Source of the DNA: a virus
Taxonomy: Duplodnaviria > Caudoviricetes
Virus record (IMG/VR): IMGVR_UViG_3300030376_006298
Location: 1-26,745 of that record
Direction: 5' to 3' (one strand)
DNA length: 26,745 bases
Positions 7,329 through 16,300 of the stretch are shown in pieces. The position numbers and the translations under genes are program-made. Each line of letters begins with the position of its first letter. Position 1 is the first letter of the stretch. The notes under the pieces are model-generated. The model was not told the DNA's origin and did no database searches. It saw nothing but the letters and a program-made list of their open reading frames with translations.

Positions 7329-7797
7329 ACCAAAATCCTATGTTGTCGCAGTAACTTCCATACTTGTGCATCATAGCCGCTTTATAGCCATCATATGATA
7401 GTGGGTTATCTCCTATCCAAGAATCAAACCAACCAATATCCCAATGTGAACCTGTGGGTATATTCCAAGTTTCTATGTCTTCTTTAATTAAAGTAAATCT
7501 ACTATCCTTAGCACAATAAGGCCAAACCATATCTATTACTTCTTGTGAGTTTTCTATAATAGTAACAGAATTAAAAGTGTGGTTATCAATCAATTCTTTA
7601 TTTAGAAAACCTATTCCCAAACCCGCTACTAATATATCTCCTGTTGCATTCTCCCAAAGCCACTTATGGGTATGATATTCCGAATAGTTATCTTTCATAA
7701 TAGAACCTACGCTTTTCTTAATTAGCGAAAGTTCTCCATTATCCATTTCTAACTTCCAGTTAGTTGTTTCATCTTCGGGTATATTTATTCCTAACAT
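7315..7797 (-). CDS. Class I SAM-dependent methyltransferase-like protein (spermidine-synthase-like fold)
   Basis: Motif I ILVAGLGIG, acidic end of beta-2 VTIIE, IKEDI, and WDIGWFDSW. Confidence 0.75.
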   Translation of the reverse strand: MLGINIPEDETTNWKLEMDNGELSLIKKSVGSIMKDNYSEYHTHKWLWENATGDILVAGLGIGFLNKELIDNHTFNSVTIIENSQEVIDMVWPYCAKDSRFTLIKEDIETWNIPTGSHWDIGWFDSWIGDNPLSYDGYKAAMMHKYGSYCDNIGFWYDID

Positions 7798-7805
7798 TTA
7801 ATCAC

Positions 7806-8666
7806 CTAAGTTAATATTAACTCATAAAGGAAATGAGTTGTTTCTGCGGCTTGTCCTGTATCGCCTCTTATTCTAAATTCAATATTCAAACTTTGTCCGG
7901 CAGTAGCATTAGGGGTTCCCGTACCGCCTCTACCTGCAAAGTTTCTTAATGAACAAATACAATGAGTATCGCCACTGACAAGGACAGTAGTATTTCCGGT
8001 AGTTACAACACCATTTGAACCAAGATGAGAGTTACTAGTAACCGGCCCTGCAAAAAAGTTAAGGGCTTCAGCCGCATTAGTAAAACTTGTTGAATCTACA
8101 AGAGGATAAATTTGCCCGACTTGGGAACGGTGAGTTTTAGCGGCAAGACCCATACTACTAAAGTTTGCAGATGCTCCAAGTATGTCTATATCTCCTTGTG
8201 GGATTGAAACAACTCCGGTGTTAGGAGATTCTAAAAACCATCCGAATAAAAAGAAAGTTTCATCAATGTGTACCGCCGAACCACCACCACCAGTAAAGCC
8301 TGTTCCAATTAAACTATTAAAACTAGAAGCGGGCATACTGTGTGATAATTTTATAGTGTAATCTCCGCCATTAAGTGAAGGACTTGTTAAATCCGTAAGA
8401 GCCATACTTGCATTAGTAATTGAATTACCATTAAATGGCGATATTATTTGTGGGCCTATATTATTTTGGAACATTTCATTAAAATTCATTCCTATTGTAT
8501 GTACTGTAAATCCAACTGGCCCACCATTAGAAATAGCAGTATATATTTGGCTAGGTGGGTTTAATCCCACAGGAGGGCCACCGCCACCACCTCCACCACC
8601 GCCGCCTCCGGCATTAGCCTTATCTTCAGCACAAGCCCCTGCAACAGCAAGATAAATAATAATCAC
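7806..8666 (-). CDS. Putative fibre-tip/adhesin protein with an N-terminal poly-Gly linker
   Basis: The GTG start overlaps the fibre stop. A short hydrophobic N-terminus is followed by a Gly run and a Gly/Ser/Thr-rich body. It lies directly after the tail fibre gene. Confidence 0.5.
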   Translation of the reverse strand: MIIIYLAVAGACAEDKANAGGGGGGGGGGGPPVGLNPPSQIYTAISNGGPVGFTVHTIGMNFNEMFQNNIGPQIISPFNGNSITNASMALTDLTSPSLNGGDYTIKLSHSMPASSFNSLIGTGFTGGGGSAVHIDETFFLFGWFLESPNTGVVSIPQGDIDILGASANFSSMGLAAKTHRSQVGQIYPLVDSTSFTNAAEALNFFAGPVTSNSHLGSNGVVTTGNTTVLVSGDTHCICSLRNFAGRGGTGTPNATAGQSLNIEFRIRGDTGQAAETTHFLYELILT

Positions 8667-10000
8667 ACTCCTAAAGCAATCCAATCATTATTACCGATAG
8701 CAATACAAGTTACCCCATTAAAAGTAGCAACCGTAGCATCGGAAGCCGCATTATTAATATTATTACCATTTCTTCCAACAGTGATATTACCACCTGTTGT
8801 GTTTAGAATAGTAAAATGTACTCCTATAGCAGAAGTAGTAGGTAAAGTTACATTTCCATTACAAATTAAATATTTTCCTGCGTGGGTTGCTTCCGTTAAA
8901 GTAGTGCTTGCACTTACAGAAACAGTTGCTAATCTACGACTTGCGAATGTTTCACAACCGAGCGAATGACCACTATCAACTATAACACTCCCTGTAAATG
9001 TTCCACCCGCTAGTGGCATAGCGGCAATATCAGTTAGTGTTTGAGCCGCAGTTCTGCCTTCTATCTGTGTTCCATCTACTCTTAAGAAATCATCATCTGC
9101 CAAGTTACCATTAGCCTGTAATATGTTATTATTTGCTATGCCGAGTGTTCCTGTTAATGCTCCTATGTCCGACGCTACTTCTGTTCCTGTTCTAAATTTA
9201 ATAACGCCACTATCACTAACTAAGAATTTATCAGTATCACTACCACAAGCCGCTATTGAACTTAGAGTTGTAGCCCCTGCAATTGTAGTGGCTCCTGTTC
9301 CAAGAACAGTTAATTTAGCGGCATCCGAGTTATTTCTAACTTCAAAAGCAGTAGCAGAAGTATCGGTTCCTAACCTTGCTACGATTTTCTTATCTGCATC
9401 TGTATTATCAATAATAAAATCTCCACCGGCAGTAGGTACTTCTACTGTAGTTCCACCACTAGCGGCAGTTATTTTACACATTTCAGTATATCCCGAACTA
9501 TCATAACCAATGCTTAGAGCATTAGATGTCTTATCGGTTGTTAAATATTGAACAGTCATATTACCGAATCCCGAAGTATAAGTTATTACTGCAATTATTA
9601 CATCATTACCATCTGCATAATCCGGTATTCTGTTTGCTGTATTAGCACCATGAGGAATAATCTTCAATCTATCTGCTTGCGCTTCTCCAACATCAGCGAC
9701 TAATAAATGACTAACATTAGCAGGGCTAGTAGTAAAAAGAGAAGAATCAAAATTTTTAGCGTCACATGGAACAAGATTCCCGTTAGCAAATACAAATCCG
9801 CTAGTTACTTGAATTACATTTCCACTACCTGCTTGAGTTATGTTAAATCCATTAGTAGTTTTTACTGCATAATTTCCACGCATTCCTAACGATAACGACT
9901 TAATCAAGCCAGTGTGAGGAAAGTCTACTGCATCTGTAATGTGACCTAATGTTCCACTTGTTCCGGCTGTGCTAAATCTATTTGGGTTTGTTAATGTCAT
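8663..10000 (-). CDS. Tail fibre protein
   Basis: Thr/Gly/Ala-rich, with MPLAGGTFTG and a C-terminal TLP…G…I.N…W module typical of fibres. It sits in the tail module. Confidence 0.7.
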   Translation of the reverse strand: MTLTNPNRFSTAGTSGTLGHITDAVDFPHTGLIKSLSLGMRGNYAVKTTNGFNITQAGSGNVIQVTSGFVFANGNLVPCDAKNFDSSLFTTSPANVSHLLVADVGEAQADRLKIIPHGANTANRIPDYADGNDVIIAVITYTSGFGNMTVQYLTTDKTSNALSIGYDSSGYTEMCKITAASGGTTVEVPTAGGDFIIDNTDADKKIVARLGTDTSATAFEVRNNSDAAKLTVLGTGATTIAGATTLSSIAACGSDTDKFLVSDSGVIKFRTGTEVASDIGALTGTLGIANNNILQANGNLADDDFLRVDGTQIEGRTAAQTLTDIAAMPLAGGTFTGSVIVDSGHSLGCETFASRRLATVSVSASTTLTEATHAGKYLICNGNVTLPTTSAIGVHFTILNTTGGNITVGRNGNNINNAASDATVATFNGVTCIAIGNNDWIALGV

Positions 10001-10001
10001 T

Positions 10002-10352
10002 CTATTCTACCTCCAAAGTTATGAAAAATTCTACTGTATCGCTTGAAGAAAATGGGCCAATTCCATCAAAGTTTTCTCTAAATAACATGTTAGAGTTAGT
10101 ATCGAAGACTCCAACTTCTCTAAGAACTTGTCCTGTCATGGCCGCATTTGCTCCACTAACTGTTAATTTTATTTGGACAACATTAGCATCGGATTGTGTA
10201 GCATTAGAACTAGCAGTTGCCACAAGAACAACATCTAAATCATTCTGTGAAGCAAATGTAGAGTTTCCCCCCAATCCAACTTTACCGCTACCTGCATCTA
10301 CTAGGCTTTTAAGTTCAGCCGCTAATAAATTTTTCAATTTGTCAGTTATCAA
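10002..10352 (-). CDS. Tail fibre-attachment/collar-like protein (DUF3751-like)
   Basis: VGLG…LREVGVFD…MLFR pattern seen in fibre-anchoring domains. Confidence 0.55.
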   Translation of the reverse strand: MITDKLKNLLAAELKSLVDAGSGKVGLGGNSTFASQNDLDVVLVATASSNATQSDANVVQIKLTVSGANAAMTGQVLREVGVFDTNSNMLFRENFDGIGPFSSSDTVEFFITLEVE

Positions 10353-13300
10353 AATTCTTCCTCCAATAATGTAGTGAAAGTGGTCACTCCTATATTCAAT
10401 GCATTGGTGTTTGTATTTAGCGTTTCCGAGTCAGTTGAGTTAGTTCCCAATGTAAATGCCCCTACAGGGGTTGATTTTTTGACCACTTTAAATTCAATAG
10501 GTTTTACTTTAACTAAATCTAAGAAGTTGAAGGCAACATCACTATCGTCAATATCATCCTCTCTAACTTTATTATTGACTCCTCTATTCTCTATTGCTAA
10601 TTCTGTAAACCTGTCCTCTAAACCTTTAGTGTAACTTCCCAATTCTAAATCTAAAGTTCCTGTAAGGTTATGTTTTATTTCTAATACTATGAACCGACTT
10701 CTAGCAATATTCTCTTCCGGTATTTCAACAGTTACAACATCGCCAACTCTCAAATGTGATATTCCCTTGTGGCCGACGCTAATACTTAATCCAAAGGAAT
10801 TATTATTGTGTAATTTTAACAATTCTCTTGCTCTTTTATTTACATCACTTTGCGTAACTAATTCATTTTCAAAGACCTGTAAAGTTTTTCTTCCTTTGAG
10901 CATTATGCTTCTAATATCTCTAACAACTGACTTTTTATTTTTGCCATTAACTATTATTTCATTAAATAAATCGAACTCGCTTTTTTCTTTGCTATAAGTA
11001 AATATTCGTGTATCGGTGTTTTTAGTTGTAAAAAATATACTTGTTTTAAATATAGAACTATCATTTTCATCAATAGTAAATACACCATTATCCTCAATGA
11101 GTTTTTTATTCTTTTTACTCATCAAGAATTTAATTGCTGAAAATAAATCTACTCCTCTAAAATTAGGAGCAACATAATACGGGTATGCACTTTCTTCTAA
11201 ATTAAAATCTAAATCATTTATTTCCATAAGTTCGTTGATGAGTTTATCCGAGTCTTGGCAAACAGAAACAACAGAACCTATTAATGCTCTTTCTCCTATA
11301 TCCCCTGCTTGGCCATCTACCAAAATATCAATAGTTTCGGATAGTGAAACTACTCCTAACATTTCTTCTTGTTTTTCTATTGTAATGTCAAATCTAATAT
11401 TATCTCCGCTATCTTCAAAAGTAACACTAGTTAATTTACTATTACTACCATCACTTATATTCATCTCAACTGTTCCGCTAGCCATAATGTTATCTCTAAG
11501 ATTTACAGGATTCTCTACAACTAAATTCCCGTCTGCGCTTTGTCCATCGGGGTCTACAACTACATACATTGACAATACTGCTTCATTATTGCCTTCTTGC
11601 GTTCTATCACTGAATTCTTCTCCCCATAAATAATTAGGTATTTTTGCGGGGTATGTTGCATCTTCACTTGGCATTTTTGTATATTTAGATGAAAGTTCAT
11701 TTATTCTAATTTTGTTTGGACTAAAACTATGGAAGCAAGTGTGGTTTGGTTGCATAATTCTAAAATTCTTGAATCTTTGATTATTAGAATTATTTGTTAC
11801 AGCGTCGGGGAAAGTGCCGCTTAGAGTTAATATGTGATTTCTTTCCTGCCTAGTTGTATCAATTTCATGCGAGATAACATATAACATATATTTTGGACTT
11901 GTATTATTTATTGAATATCTCATCATGTTTTGTCCCGACCCTATTCCATGAGAACCCCCTATCCCCCCTCCTGCTGTAGCATAATCTTCTACAATTTCGG
12001 CTTGTGGGTTATAGGCTTCAACTTCTTCACTTACTAAATAACAACCAGTTAAGTCCATATAACTTAACCAGTGTAGATTATTAGGGAAAAGAAGGTTAGG
12101 TGCGCTTGCCCTACTTGTTTCTCCTCTCAATACTGATTTATCATGAATTGATATAACATGGACTTCTGTTCCATTAGTTGCTTCCTCTTTGGTTACATAA
12201 TGCTGACTAACCCTAACATTGATATCTGTTCCTGCTGAAGTAGCATTCGATGTCATGAATAATTTGTTAGGGTTGGAAACCATATCTACTTCATATACTC
12301 TAGTAAACTTAGGTATTTTTCCTTCGGGGCTGTGCAAGTAAGAGTAGTTTAGAGTGGTTGACCCGAACTGACCTAATGAAGAAGACTCTACCCTATCCAA
12401 ATCATCTACACACCTTGCTGAACCTAGAGTAAATGTGCAAGGAGCAATATAACCTGTATCTATTTTTAACAGTGGTTTTAATCCTGCAAATACTCCATCT
12501 GCATCATTATTATAAGTTACAAAATCAGCATCAGCATTCGTTACACCTGCCGTTATATCGGTAGAATTAGTCTTAACCTTTCTACTACGAAAACCCGCAT
12601 GTGCCGGCACATAACTTGCATTAATGGTTTTGCTTTGTATTCCGAATCTTACTTCTTTTTTATTTGCGGAAGTTGCATCAAAATCAATCTGTCTACAACT
12701 CACCAATCTTGGTGCTGTCATACCTATGGAAACCTTTGCACCAGTTCCACCTGCTATTTTGTATCTATCTAAAAACACGGGTAAGTGATTCATATATGCT
12801 TTTGATTCGTGGTTTGTAATATTAGCAGTAGTGCTACCGCCAAAACTATGAGCATTAACAGCATCAAACCCTACACTTCCTAAACCATCTTCTGGTGAAA
12901 AAGTTAATTCTGTTAAAGGTGCAAAAATTTCGCTTCTTCTTTTGCTATAATAATTAGAGTAGTTGCGAGTGACCATTTCAGCGATAGTGTGATTCCCTGC
13001 CAGTTGGCTAAATATAGAGTCACCTGCAAAAGTAATAGGGAGTATTAGAGTAGAATCTTCTCCTACCCCTTGCACTGAAGTTTGTGCTGTGGCAGGGTTG
13101 CTACCTGTATTTTCGGGGTGTCTATCTAATGCAAACTTAGTTCCTAATCCACCATAACCCGATTCTTTATCTGTTCTAACAGTATCAACATATCCATTGA
13201 TTGCGGAGGCCAATCCTCTCATTGTCGCCATTTGTAATGGATTAATCAAACCAACTGTTGAGAAATCATTATCGCCATTATATCCTTTTATGTTTGCCGC

Positions 13301-16300
13301 CCCTACGGTGTTTGATGCGTTTGCTAATTGGTTTCTAGCCACATCAAAATGAAAGAGTCTCATAAACTGACCGTTGGGCGAACTTCCATCTCTATGATTA
13401 TATCTAGGCACATAAAAATCAGCCGCAGAATTAGCATCTAAATCTGTTTTATGTGCATTGGCTTTTAGATTTATTACTCCGGTGCTAATAGAATCAACAA
13501 CACCTATGTATCTTCCATTTTTATCACATACTATATCTCCTGCAACTAAACTACTTACAGTTGTTGCCGAGCCAGTATGAGGGTCTACTGTATTTATTAC
13601 TTTACCACTTATAGAACTAGCAGAAGCCCCTGTATTAATTATTGATAGTTGAGGGTAGCGGTTTATTATACCAATATTTTTGTCTTGCTTAGGTATGTTT
13701 TCGGGGTCAAATTGATTATAGAAAATATCAAATGTAACTTCTGTTAATCTCATTAAACTAAATCTTCTTAATTCGCCTATTTTTTTATTGCTTATCACTG
13801 ACCTAATATTAAATGTATTATAGGAATCGTCTAAGAATTCTAAACTGTTAGTCTTGCCCAACACAGCCTCTTTTGTTTCCGAGAAATCATTTTTTCTTGG
13901 TGAATTTATAGTGAGCATTGAATATTCACTTAAACTTCTATCTAATTTTTTATTTAAAAGACTATCCTTTCTAGTGGAAGAATAAGGTAATAAATCACTG
14001 TTACTAAACAAAAACATTCTAGCAATCTTAGGGTCTATTTGTTCTATTTGGTCTTTAAATTGATGAAGAGATATTAACTTATTGCCTGTTCCTAACATAG
14101 TATCATTGCCAAATGTTTTCACAAACGGAAATGGGTTATACAAAACTCTAGGAGAACCTCCCAATTCTACTTGGTCATGACCTATAAAGTGTGAATTTGA
14201 AAATTTTTCAAGTGTTTTAGTTTCATAAAATTTATCACCAACACAAGGTATATATCCTCTTGATTCTATTATTTTCTTATTATCGAAAGCATGGAATTCC
14301 GAACTAGCAGTAGAGTTAGCAGTAGCGTTTACAGCATTTCCATCTTTATCTCGCATTATAAATTCACCATCTTGGGATGTAGAAGTGTTGTGCTTCCCCA
14401 CGATATTTCCTACAAATGTATTTTCGGGTATTGCAGGAGTCGAATCAAGATGTGTGATGCTTTGCCCTAGTCTAAAAACATCAAAACTAAAACTATTTGC
14501 GCCTCCGCTAATATAAATTTCAAATAGAAATTTTACATATGGGCTACCGGAAAATGTTTGCATCCTACCGTGATTTATAAAATTTAAACCACAAATATCA
14601 GTGCCAATTATATTGTTTTTAAGAAAACCGTCAGTATAATACCCTGCATTATATCTATACCCACTACCGTAAAAACCTATTTTACTAGGCTTGTCAACAT
14701 AAAAATGAAAATCTTTATCTCTAAAGAATAAATGTTTTGTTTTGTTATAGTTTCCTTGTTCTATATTGTTTAGTCTATAATTAGATGCTCCGAAACTAGA
14801 TTGATAAGAGCCTAGAAAATTATTTCTTATGACACTTCCTAAGACAGTTCTTGCAGTATTACCTGCATTACCACCACTAGTATTTTGTCTTCTGTGAAAA
14901 ACTTGCTCACCATTCATTCTATAATTTAATACACTTGTAATATTGAAAGCATTAGCATTATTTACTTTAGGATGAATCAAAGATATGTTTTTAGCACCAT
15001 GCAAATGACCCCCATTTAAGAAATTTAATTCATGTGTAAGTTTAGAACTCTCTCTAGTAATATCATCATTATTATGTCCATGTAATTTATCAACCACTGT
15101 TCCGCTAAGTAGAGTAAAAGTTAAACTAGATTCTAAAGAAATTGTGGCCGCATTACTAATTGTAATAGATTTTACTCCTACAGAAGTTACAGTAGTAGAA
15201 GCCGGTATTCCTGTTCCTGTTACCCCCATACCAACAAATATGTCTTCTATTGTTGGTATATTCGTTACAGTAAGATTAGAATTTAACTTACAGGATAATT
15301 CGGTTTTACCAACTTCTCTATCTAAATATATTCTAGCCAATGTAGAAGGTAAAGAGAATTCTACATCTGCTGTTGTCCCTGCTCCTGCTGTGCCAGTTAT
15401 TGTCAATGTGTTGCCATCTATTGAAGTTATAGTATTTCCACTAAAGGCACCATTTCCACTTAATACCATTCCTTCGGAAAGCCCATGACTTGCTGATGCT
15501 GTAACTTCAACAGTATTTCCTCCTGTAGACCAAGTAGAAGAATAAATCAATTCTGCACTTTTCTCTACCGAAACAACATTTGCTAAAAATTTTCCATTTA
15601 TGTAAATTGGTTTACCATGTAAATTTCTTTGACCTCTAAGATGATTAACTGCTGAAAGGGCTTCATCACTATTTACATCTATGAAACTTCTTGCATAGGA
15701 AAAATCATGTAGAGTCTTACCTAAATCTTTTTTAGAAAACGAAGTATCTTGGGTACTAGCATAATTAATATCTACTCTTCCTAAAGTCAATGGATTGTAA
15801 GGTGCTATTTTAACAACAGTTCCTTTATTCTGTCCTGCTGATTTTTTAGATACTATTTCAAAATCTATTAGAGTATTTATTGTATCAAAGGATTCTGCAT
15901 TGTCTCCTTCATCTTCTAATATGGCTTGGAAGTGAGCGTCACTCAACATATTAGAAACATCACTTATTTCATAACCTATTGCATTTTCATTGTCACTACC
16001 ACTAGTCCCTACTAGTCTATCTCCTTCTGCTCCGGTAGGAGTTATTTTAACACCGGAGTTAAAGAATAGTCCCTTATTAGAAGCCCCACTCAAACTAGTA
16101 GTGGAATCTATAAACGGATTAGTTGCTAATGCTTTATTTAGGACATAGTTTTTATTCGATTCTTTGAATAAAGTGGCACTATCGGAACCACCGGAAGTAA
16201 GCGTTCCAGATGGTAAAACTCTAGTTTCTGCTCTTGAGAAGTCTTCTAATATTATAACCGGCCTCTCTAATTTTTCAATAGAAGTAATGTTAGAAGTAAC

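Noticed and set aside
8576-8612. GC-rich CCN repeat as a DNA microsatellite or DGR target
   Set aside because: Mixed Gly codons explain it as a protein linker. No reverse transcriptase or TR/VR pair was seen.
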